A stretch of 64,000 bases of DNA from an uncultured Alphaproteobacteria bacterium (GCA_937888725.1 CALARE010000010.1:4876-68875); one strand, 5' to 3'. Positions 1 to 7,057 are shown, numbered from the stretch's first letter. Notes: generated from the letters alone by a model not told the origin. Program-made: numbers and translations.

Positions 1-17
1 TATCTTTTATTTTTTAA

Positions 18-46
18 TTGCAATTCACAAAAAAATATGCTATTTA
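18..46 (+). promoter_or_regulatory. putative sigma70-type promoter for the tRNA (TTGCAA-N17-TATTTA)
   Basis: TTGCAA at 18-23, 17-nt spacer, TATTTA at 41-46, about 14 nt upstream of the tRNA 5' end. -10-like hexamers are common in this AT-rich background. Confidence 0.3.
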
Positions 47-59
47 CTCCCCATATTAT

Positions 60-134
60 GACCCTATCATCTAGTGGTTAGGATACAACCCTCTCAAGGT
101 TGGTACACGGGTTCAAATCCCGTTAGGGTCGCCA
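60..134 (+). tRNA. tRNA-Glu, anticodon CUC, CCA encoded
   Basis: Hand-folded cloverleaf. Acceptor GACCCTA(60-66)/TAGGGTC(124-130). D arm ATCT/GGAT with loop AGTGGTTA. Anticodon stem CAACC(86-90)/GGTTG(98-102) with loop CTCTCAA, anticodon CTC at 93-95. 4-nt variable loop. T arm ACGGG-TTCAAAT-CCCGT. Discriminator G and CCA at 132-134. The overall sequence parallels bacterial tRNA-Glu. Confidence 0.9.
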
Positions 135-142
135 ATAAAGAT

Positions 143-170
143 GCCCACTTTTTTGAGTGGGTATTTTTAT
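143..170 (+). terminator. intrinsic terminator after the tRNA
   Basis: Stem CCCACT(144-149)/AGTGGG(156-161) followed by a TATTTTTAT U-rich tail. Confidence 0.65.
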
Positions 171-417
171 TGGTGAATTTTATAATTGCATTTTTTTATT
201 TTAAAAAGATTTACTTTAAATTTTTAACAGGATAATTTATAATTAATAAAAATCCGCTCAGAGTTCGCATATGATTCGAAAATTTGAAGAAAAAGATTTA
301 AATCAAACTTTAAAATTATATAACGAAATCCGTCAACAGCATATTGAATTATTAGATGGACATTTCACAAAACAGACATGAAAAATAAAAATACACCTTA
401 ATTTAAAGAGGACACAA

Positions 418-966
418 ATGAAAATTGGGTTTCAAGGAGATTTATTCAGTAATTCAGAAGAAGCTAGTCAAATATTTGCAAAAAAAATGCATTTTGAAAA
501 TGTGGAATTTATTCCTCTAATTTCTTCAAAAAACGTTGTTGAAAATCTCATCACAAAAAAGATTGATTATGGCGTTATGGCAACAAAAAATTCTATTGCT
601 GGTGATGTCGTTGAAACAATAGATGCCCTCACAAGCAAAATCAAGTGTATTTCATTGGTAGAAATTCCTATTCACCATTGTTTATTTAAAAAAATGCCCA
701 TTTCAAGAATTGAATATATAGCATCCCATATTCAAGCACTCAAACAAACGCGAAAAACACGAGAATTGCTCTTTAAAAACATATGTGAAGTTGAATGCCT
801 TGATACCGCTCTTGCTGCAAAAATGCTTGCTTTTGGTGAATATCCAGAAAATTATGGCGTTATTTGCCGACAAAATGCTGGTGAATTTTATAATTTAACC
901 TTGGTTCAAAAAAATATTGAAGACACCCCCTTAAATCAAACAACATTTGGCCTATTTTGTCTTTAA
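418..966 (+). CDS. prephenate dehydratase catalytic-domain protein lacking the ACT regulatory domain
   Basis: The N-terminus KIGFQGDLFSNSEEAS resembles the PDT signature (xxAxQGxxGAxSEeAa). The 182-aa ORF ends just after NQTTFGLFCL, which is where the conserved TRF motif sits. No ACT-like sequence follows. ATG start with AGAGGA upstream. Confidence 0.55.
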   Translation: MKIGFQGDLFSNSEEASQIFAKKMHFENVEFIPLISSKNVVENLITKKIDYGVMATKNSIAGDVVETIDALTSKIKCISLVEIPIHHCLFKKMPISRIEYIASHIQALKQTRKTRELLFKNICEVECLDTALAAKMLAFGEYPENYGVICRQNAGEFYNLTLVQKNIEDTPLNQTTFGLFCL

Positions 967-1078
967 TTTGGTACTACAATCCACCTTAATCAAAAAAAAA
1001 TAAAAAACAGACTACAAAAATTATAAAAAATTATGTATTATATACTCGTATCGCAAAAATAGGGACTCGTAGCTTTGT

Positions 1079-1093
1079 GTTCTATGATAGAAC
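1079..1093. promoter_or_regulatory. perfect 7+1+7 palindrome GTTCTATgATAGAAC upstream of the recombinase gene
   Basis: Read directly from the sequence. It lies 25 bp upstream of the likely recombinase start. Possible operator or recombinase binding site. Function unproven. Confidence 0.3.
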
Positions 1094-1117
1094 TTTTTAT
1101 TTTTTATGGAGACAGAG

Positions 1118-1735
1118 ATGATCTATGGGTACTTAAGAGTCAGTACAGATAAACAAACTTTAGAAAATCAAGAATTTGAAATTAATAACTTTTGCCAAAA
1201 TGAAAATATGGAAGTTTCTCTTTGGATAACCGAAACAATTAGCGGAACTATTCCATTAGAAAAGCGAAAACTTTCCCGTGTGTTAAAAGCACTTCGCAAA
1301 GATGATATTCTCATTTGTTCGGAAATATCAAGACTGGGCAGAAATTTATTTCAAATTATGTCAATCTTAAATATGTGCATGCAAAAAGATGTTCAAGTTT
1401 GGACAATTAAAGACAATTATCGATTAGGAAGTGATATTCAAAGCAAAGTTCTTGCTTTTGCATTTTCACTTTCAGCGGAAATTGAGCGAAATCTCATTAG
1501 CCAACGAACAAAAGAGGCTCTTGCTAGAATCAAAGCAAGTGGTCGCAAATTAGGACGTCCTACTGGCAGTAAAAATAAAAAATATGTATTAGATGGAAAA
1601 GAAGAACTGCTTCAAAAATTACTTGATGAGGGTTTGAAAAAAACACAAATCGCAAGAAAATTGTCCATAAGCACAAAATCCATTTATAATTATTTAAAGA
1701 GCAAAAAAGAATCTGATACGAAAACAGAACGCTAG
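1118..1735 (+). CDS. small serine recombinase (resolvase/invertase family) with C-terminal HTH
   Basis: MIYGYLRVSTDKQTLENQ carries the catalytic-Ser motif (YxRVST). Also ISRLGR and SQRTKEAL. The C-terminal KKTQIARKLSISTKSIYNYL is HTH-like. I prefer ATG 1118 (GGAG at 1108-1111, 6-nt spacer) over the track start at 1106. Confidence 0.85.
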   Translation: MIYGYLRVSTDKQTLENQEFEINNFCQNENMEVSLWITETISGTIPLEKRKLSRVLKALRKDDILICSEISRLGRNLFQIMSILNMCMQKDVQVWTIKDNYRLGSDIQSKVLAFAFSLSAEIERNLISQRTKEALARIKASGRKLGRPTGSKNKKYVLDGKEELLQKLLDEGLKKTQIARKLSISTKSIYNYLKSKKESDTKTER

Positions 1736-1757
1736 AAATTCTAGCGTTCTATTTTTT
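1726..1757. terminator. bidirectional terminator between the convergent recombinase and alr genes
   Basis: 11-bp perfect stem AGAACGCTAGA(1726-1736)/TCTAGCGTTCT(1740-1750), 3-nt loop, then ATTTTTT. It overlaps both stop codons. Confidence 0.6.
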
Positions 1758-2816
1758 CTCAATAATATTAAATCGACCAGACTTGCATATCCCATTTAAA
1801 ATTTCATAACCAATTGTACCTGCATCTTGTCCCATATCATCCACAGTATATTGGTCATTCAAAATATCAACAAAGTCACCTTCATTTAAATTTTCAATGT
1901 CTGTCACATCACACATAATATTATCCATGGAAAGGCGACCCACTAATCTAATTTCTTGAGAATTAAAAAAGATGCGACCTCTACCTGCTAAAGAACGAGG
2001 CAAACCATCAGCATATCCAATCGAAACAATAGCTATTTTCATTTTTTTAGCCGATTTGTATGAGGCACCATAACCGATATATTCCCCCTTATCAACTGTT
2101 GCAATTTGGAGTACAGGAGCTTTTAAAGAAAGAACATTTTTCATCCTGTTTTTCCTATCTGGAGCAGTGTTTAATCCATACATAGCAGCACCAAGACGCA
2201 CCATATTTTTTTGAAACTTTTCACCTAAAAATAACCCATCAGATGCTGATAATGTTAACGGTGTATTTGGGAAATATGTTGAAATTTTATCAAATGCTTC
2301 AATTTGATGCCAATTCATAAAATGATAAGGTTCATCAGCACATGAAAGATGAGATAAAATATAAGAAAATTCTTTTTTATCTGAAGCAGTTAATTTTTGA
2401 ATATCACTTATGCGAAAACCGAGTCGATTTAGCCCTGTTTCAACATTTAAAACAGGCTTAATAGTTGAAATTTTATTTTTTTTCCAAAAATCAAACATTT
2501 TTGGCGTCGCAATAACAGGTATTAAATTTTCTTTTTTCACGAGCTCAATCGAATCATCTCCCACCCCTTGTAAAAGAAAAATATCCGCCTTTGGTGCAAA
2601 AGAACGGACCTTTGCACCTTCTGTTGCAAGTGCTACAAAAAAATGATTGCATCCAACCTTAATTAATTCAGGCACCACTCTTTCGATACCTAAACCATAC
2701 GCATTATTTTTAACAACAGCTGCAGCTATTGAATGTGGAGCTTGTGATTTTAAAAAAAGGTAATTTTCAACAAGAGCTTTTAAATCTATCGTTAAAACAG
2801 ATTGTGTATAAATCAT
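1749..2816 (-). CDS. alr: alanine racemase
   Basis: 355 aa. AAVVKNNAYGLG matches the PLP-lysine motif (VKAnAYGhG). Length and overall pattern are typical of Alr. The start overlaps the upstream stop as TAATG. Confidence 0.85.
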   Translation of the reverse strand: MIYTQSVLTIDLKALVENYLFLKSQAPHSIAAAVVKNNAYGLGIERVVPELIKVGCNHFFVALATEGAKVRSFAPKADIFLLQGVGDDSIELVKKENLIPVIATPKMFDFWKKNKISTIKPVLNVETGLNRLGFRISDIQKLTASDKKEFSYILSHLSCADEPYHFMNWHQIEAFDKISTYFPNTPLTLSASDGLFLGEKFQKNMVRLGAAMYGLNTAPDRKNRMKNVLSLKAPVLQIATVDKGEYIGYGASYKSAKKMKIAIVSIGYADGLPRSLAGRGRIFFNSQEIRLVGRLSMDNIMCDVTDIENLNEGDFVDILNDQYTVDDMGQDAGTIGYEILNGICKSGRFNIIEKK

Positions 2817-3565
2817 TATTTGTTCCTCTCCTTTTTTCGAGCATTTTCTCTAAAAATTTTTTTCATGTCAACAGGATGTTTTAAATATTGATGTTTTTCA
2901 CGACGGGGAAAATGGGTTTTAATCATATCTTCTGGTTTCACTAAAAACCATTTGTTTTCAACAAACCTAGAGGCATTAATTTCCCTGTTTTTTTGACGCT
3001 TTTTTTTACGAACTTCTTTTCTATGCTCAGCAACAGTCCGTACATTTTCAAAAGCCATATAATCGCCTCCCATCCCCCAAGTCGCATCAACAAAAAACCA
3101 CTTTTTATTAATATAAACAGCATTCCACGCATGTCCAGCCTCTTTAAAATTATCCATCGTTAAATTTTGCCCTGCATAACCATGAATTAATTCTTCTTTT
3201 AAACCTGCTAATTTTGCCATTCTAGAAAACAAATCTGCAATATCACCACATACACCTACTCGTGTTTTAAAAGCATCACCAGTCCGAAGTGCCTTATTTT
3301 TGTTCCGCACTTTTTTATTATCTAAAATAACATCATACTTAAAGGCATCATACTCAACATGATAAACAATCCATGCATAAATGACCCGTGCTTTTAAAAC
3401 ATCGTTATCTTTATATGGTTCAATTAAATATCGCACAAGTCTTGCTAAATTATTTTCAAACTCATGAGGCACCTCTTTTGCACGATTGTCAACGGCCACA
3501 TAATCCATCGAATAACTTGAGACAGATAAAAATAACACAATAATTGCGATAATAATTCTAACCAT
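2816..3565 (-). CDS. secreted transglutaminase-like cysteine protease-fold protein
   Basis: Cys-His-Asp pattern: GVCGDIADLF ... AGHAWNAVY ... FFVDATWG. The signal-like N-terminus MVRIIIAIIVLFLSVSSYS begins at 3565. The longer track ORF (to 3637) would run through the terminator hairpin at 3620-3637. Confidence 0.7.
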   Translation of the reverse strand: MVRIIIAIIVLFLSVSSYSMDYVAVDNRAKEVPHEFENNLARLVRYLIEPYKDNDVLKARVIYAWIVYHVEYDAFKYDVILDNKKVRNKNKALRTGDAFKTRVGVCGDIADLFSRMAKLAGLKEELIHGYAGQNLTMDNFKEAGHAWNAVYINKKWFFVDATWGMGGDYMAFENVRTVAEHRKEVRKKKRQKNREINASRFVENKWFLVKPEDMIKTHFPRREKHQYLKHPVDMKKIFRENARKKERNK

Positions 3566-3612
3566 TTTACACACCATACAATAAAGTATAAACAACTCCC
3601 CATTTTTTACAA

Positions 3613-3647
3613 CAAAAAAATGCCCTAAAAAGGGCATTTTTCTTTTT
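3613..3647. terminator. bidirectional terminator downstream of the NrdD-like mini-gene
   Basis: ATGCCCT(3620-3626)/AGGGCAT(3631-3637), flanked by an A-run upstream and TTTTCTTTTT downstream. Confidence 0.6.
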
Positions 3648-3657
3648 AAAGACCCAA

Positions 3658-3843
3658 CTAAGCAGCTTTAACTTCGCATTCACAACATGCTTTTTGCTCT
3701 GTAAACCATTGTCTTTCTTCAAATTCAGATTTTTTACCTTTATTAAAATGGCTGTATGGACGGAAATATCCCATCACACGGGTCCAACATTCAACTGTTT
3801 GTCTTTCATTTTCGCAAGATTTTAAAATTTCCGCATCTGTCAT
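3658..3843 (-). CDS. 61-aa stand-alone protein resembling the glycyl-radical C-terminus of anaerobic ribonucleotide reductase NrdD
   Basis: TRVMGYFRPYSHFNKGKKSEFEERQWF parallels the NrdD C-terminal pattern RVxGY...(F/W)NxGKxxExxxR as I recall it. ATG start with AAGGAAG upstream. Putative promoter TTGACA(3946-3941)-N18-TATCAA(3922-3917). Confidence 0.55.
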   Translation of the reverse strand: MTDAEILKSCENERQTVECWTRVMGYFRPYSHFNKGKKSEFEERQWFTEQKACCECEVKAA

Positions 3844-4100
3844 TTTTATTTCTTCCTTTCGATCATTGGGTTTTATTTTTTTGTGTTCAAAGCTTATTTT
3901 TGCTTTATCTGATTCATTGATAGCGAGGAATCAAAATAATTGTCAATAGCTTTTTTCACTTTTTTATATCATATTGAAAAATATAATTTTTTATGTTTTT
4001 TAAAAAACTCTTTTTTTGTGTTTATTTTGGACTAAAAAAACGACTAAAAAGACCCATATTTTTAAAACCCTTTGATTTTAAACTTGTATGTACTTTTTTT

Positions 4101-4150
4101 ATGATTCGAATCCGATTCCGAATCCAAAAAGAATCATTTTTTGTTTTTAA
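4101..4150 (+). promoter_or_regulatory. hairpin carrying five GANTC sites, followed by a T-run
   Basis: GATTC 4103-4107, GAATC 4108-4112, GATTC 4114-4118, GAATC 4120-4124, GAATC 4131-4135. Outer stem ATGATTC(4101-4107)/GAATCAT(4131-4137), then TTTTTGTTTTT. Confidence 0.4.
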
Positions 4151-4270
4151 TTAATCTATATTATTTTTTTACTTGCATATACTGTGATGTTTTACTAAAG
4201 TAGATATTAGCAGGAGGGTCCTGCAAAACGATTGGTAACAATCAAAACTTTTTATAAAAAGGAGTTATCT

Positions 4271-5053
4271 ATGTTTAAAAAAGCATTTTTATTATTAGGT
4301 GCAATGACTTTTGCTACATCAGCAATGGCTGTTGAATCAACAAATCCATTCTTTGTTCCTGCAGAAAATGGTTGGGCATCAACAACATCTTATGATTATT
4401 CAACTGCAACTGTTAAAAACGATTATATCGGTGCACGAAACAAAGGCTATGTTCACACAGCAACACAAACACTTGAATATGGTTTGTCAAATGCTTGGTC
4501 ATTGGGTGTCACAGTTTCAAATGACTGGTCAAAATACACAGGTTATAGTTATGCACAAACAGAAGAAGATGACAAATCTGTTGATTTTGAAGTTACATCA
4601 AAATATAACATTTTGTCAAAAGATGCTCTTAAAGTTCAATCACTCTTAGCCTACGGCCAAAGAGAAAATTATGCTGAACTTGGTGCATACAAATATGCAA
4701 AAGTTGGTGCTAAAGTTGGTTACAAAATGGGTTACTGGACACCATATTTATCAGGTTTAGTTGAAGTTCCTGTTTTCCAAAGTCAAGATGATGACAATGA
4801 ACTCAAATACACAGGTACTGCAGGTTTATACACATACTGTCCAAAAATGAAAGTTTCTATGGACCATCAATTGTCTGTTGATTATGATGAATATAATGAA
4901 ACTCGTATTTACAGCTATGGCATCGAAGCAGCATACCACTTCACAAAAAATGTTGCACTCAGTGCTTATGGCAAATACATCATTGATGGCGAAGAACATA
5001 AAGAAGATATCCATGGCAATCAAATCGGTTTAAGATTACGTCTTGGATTCTAA
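4271..5053 (+). CDS. outer-membrane beta-barrel protein (porin/OMP-like)
   Basis: Signal peptide MFKKAFLLLGAMTFATSAMA. Alternating aromatic/hydrophilic beta-strand pattern. C-terminal ...GLRLRLGF ends in Phe. AAAAGGAG lies 6-7 nt upstream of ATG 4271, so the track start at 4232 is an N-terminal over-extension. Confidence 0.7.
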   Translation: MFKKAFLLLGAMTFATSAMAVESTNPFFVPAENGWASTTSYDYSTATVKNDYIGARNKGYVHTATQTLEYGLSNAWSLGVTVSNDWSKYTGYSYAQTEEDDKSVDFEVTSKYNILSKDALKVQSLLAYGQRENYAELGAYKYAKVGAKVGYKMGYWTPYLSGLVEVPVFQSQDDDNELKYTGTAGLYTYCPKMKVSMDHQLSVDYDEYNETRIYSYGIEAAYHFTKNVALSAYGKYIIDGEEHKEDIHGNQIGLRLRLGF

Positions 5054-5072
5054 TTTCAAATGACCATTCAAA

Positions 5073-5106
5073 CAAAAAACGCTCTCTAAAAAGAGGGCGT
5101 TTTTTG
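5073..5106. terminator. bidirectional terminator between the OMP gene and ctrA
   Basis: ACGCTCTC(5079-5086)/GAGGGCGT(5093-5100) with one G-U pair. A-run before, TTTTT after. Confidence 0.6.
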
Positions 5107-5118
5107 CTATCTTACTAT

Positions 5119-5805
5119 TTATTGCACAACAGGTAAATCCTTTAAGATATAACCCCTCCCCCATACGGTTTGAATATATTCTTCTGCTGGGGATAGTTGT
5201 TCAATTTTTCTTCGAATCTTACACAAAAAGACGTCTATAATTTTCATCTCAGGTTCATCCATACCGCCATAAAGATGATTTAAAAATTGCTCTTTATTAA
5301 TTGTTGTACCTTTTCTTAGTGCCAATAATTCAAATAAAGCATATTCTTTACTTGTTAAATGGAGCGTTTTACCATCAATCGTAACAATTTTAGAATTTAA
5401 ATTAACCTCCATTCCACCCGTACGAATAACACTTTCTGCATATCCTTTTGATCTTCTAACCAACGCATTTACTCTTGCAATTAATTCTCTTGAATCAAAG
5501 GGCTTTGTTAAATAATCATCAGCTCCACAAACAAGACCCTTTACTTTTTTATCTGGCGTTGAAAGACCAGACAAAATTAAAATCGGCGTTGTGATATGCC
5601 CTAAACGCAACCGTTTAACCACTTCATATCCATCCATATCAGGTAAAAGCAAATCCAATAAGATTAAATCATAATCATAATGACGAGCATCCTCAAGTCC
5701 GTCTTCCCCCAAATACGAGGTATCAACTACCATATTTTCACGTTTTAAAATCAGAGAAATATTCTGACTAACAACTTTATCATCTTCTATGAGTAAAATA
5801 CGCAT
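5119..5805 (-). CDS. ctrA: cell-cycle response regulator CtrA (OmpR family)
   Basis: 228 aa. Long stretches match Caulobacter CtrA as I recall it: [104 protein letters not shown]. Confidence 0.9.
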   Translation of the reverse strand: MRILLIEDDKVVSQNISLILKRENMVVDTSYLGEDGLEDARHYDYDLILLDLLLPDMDGYEVVKRLRLGHITTPILILSGLSTPDKKVKGLVCGADDYLTKPFDSRELIARVNALVRRSKGYAESVIRTGGMEVNLNSKIVTIDGKTLHLTSKEYALFELLALRKGTTINKEQFLNHLYGGMDEPEMKIIDVFLCKIRRKIEQLSPAEEYIQTVWGRGYILKDLPVVQ

Positions 5806-5842
5806 ACACCCTCACTAAAAAGATACAATTTATTAACCTTAG

Positions 5843-5857
5843 TTAACAATAAGTTAA
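5843..5857. promoter_or_regulatory. CtrA-box consensus TTAA-N7-TTAA in the ctrA/ankyrin divergent intergenic region
   Basis: TTAACAATAAGTTAA read directly. A third TTAA at 5833-5836 lies 6 nt further upstream. The motif is symmetric and fairly frequent by chance in AT-rich DNA. Confidence 0.35.
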
Positions 5858-5971
5858 TTTTTTTATTTATGCAAGTATAACTTTCCAAAAAAAGAGATTT
5901 TTTTATTGCCTTGCTCAAAATAAATTTTCATGTTAAAATAATAGTAAGAAGTATTTAATTAGGAGATGAAA

Positions 5972-7054
5972 ATGGGGTGGATTAATAATCTTTTTACAGG
6001 GAAAAACACAAGTGATGATACACCAAAACAACCATCAAACTTGTTAACTACTCAAGAAACGCCATTTCACCAAGCAATTCTCAAGAGGAATTTTGGTCAA
6101 ATTCACGGGGAAATTGGTCGTGGATTTGACATTAATTCTCGAAATACTTATGGCAGAACTGCTTTAGAGGTTGCCATTACAAATAATGATATCGAAATGG
6201 TCAGATATTTAGTTTCATTAGGAGCCAATATCAATTTGACCAATAGAAATGGTGAAGGCCCACTCAGTATGGCTGTTAAATCTGGCAATTTACAAATGAT
6301 TCACAATCTTGTTTTAATGGGGGCAGATATAAATGCTAGAAGCAGTGACGGTGAAACAATTATGCACAGATTTTCAATTACGCAACCAGGAGATGAATTT
6401 ATTCATCAAGAATTAATAAATCTAGGGGGCAATATAAATGCACGAGATATACTGGGTAAAACACCTCTCCACCATCAAGTTAGTGCAAACAGTAATGCTA
6501 CTGTTTATCAACTTCTTGCCAATAACGCAAATGTAAATGCAAGAGATAGAGAAGGCAAAACGCCTCTTTATGATGCTGTTTTATACGCTGACCCACAAAC
6601 AATTGAAACACTTTTAAGCTTTAATGCGAATCCAAACATTCCAAATATTGAAGGTAAAACACCCCTTCATCTTAGTGCTCAAATTACAAATAATGAAACA
6701 CTTCAAAAACTTATAACATCTGGTGCAAAATTAAATTTGCCTGACTCTTTTGGGCAAACTCCTTTGCATCTAGCAATCATAAATGCAAACACACAAGGAG
6801 CCATTATCTTAATTCAAAATGGTGCAAATCCCCGCATTCAAGATAGAATGCACCAAACAGCTATACAAAAATCACCAAATCAACAAATTTTCACCCAAAT
6901 TAAAGAGGCTATTCAAGACTATCAAGTTAATCATCCGCCCTATACACAACAACAGAATCTAAATGTTTCACGAACACTTGCACAACATAGTACAACATAT
7001 AACGAAAATAACATACAACATCCGAACATACACAAATCATCCAGAAATGTTTAA
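5972..7054 (+). CDS. ankyrin-repeat protein (about 8 repeats)
   Basis: Repeated G(K/R/Q)TPLHxA...(I/L)xxLLxxGAN(I/V/P)Nxx units of about 33 aa. AGGAG at 5961-5965 favours ATG 5972 over 5966. No signal peptide. Confidence 0.85.
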   Translation: MGWINNLFTGKNTSDDTPKQPSNLLTTQETPFHQAILKRNFGQIHGEIGRGFDINSRNTYGRTALEVAITNNDIEMVRYLVSLGANINLTNRNGEGPLSMAVKSGNLQMIHNLVLMGADINARSSDGETIMHRFSITQPGDEFIHQELINLGGNINARDILGKTPLHHQVSANSNATVYQLLANNANVNARDREGKTPLYDAVLYADPQTIETLLSFNANPNIPNIEGKTPLHLSAQITNNETLQKLITSGAKLNLPDSFGQTPLHLAIINANTQGAIILIQNGANPRIQDRMHQTAIQKSPNQQIFTQIKEAIQDYQVNHPPYTQQQNLNVSRTLAQHSTTYNENNIQHPNIHKSSRNV

Positions 7055-7057
7055 AAA

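Noticed and set aside
272-382. 36-codon ORF MIRKFEEKDLNQTLKLYNEIRQQHIELLDGHFTKQT, faintly reminiscent of a GNAT acetyltransferase N-terminus.
   Set aside because: There is no SD, it is too short for any assignment, and the resemblance is subjective. It could be a gene fragment, but I cannot support that.
4101-4137. The idea that the TTCGAATCC-like units are an attR copy of the tRNA-Glu 3' end, delimiting a 4-kb island (135-4137).
   Set aside because: The tRNA 3' end is TTCAAATCCCGTTAGGGTCGCCA. Only the generic T-loop-like core is shared, and no extended direct repeat is visible. I kept it only as an alternative inside the GANTC finding.
3993-4154. 53-codon plus-strand ORF (MFFKKLFFCVYFGLKKRLKRPIFLKPFDFKLVCTFFMIRIRFRIQKESFFVFN) spanning the GANTC hairpin.
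   Set aside because: It has no SD. Its composition is simply translated poly-T/poly-A DNA, and it runs through a hairpin and T-run. It is very unlikely to be coding.
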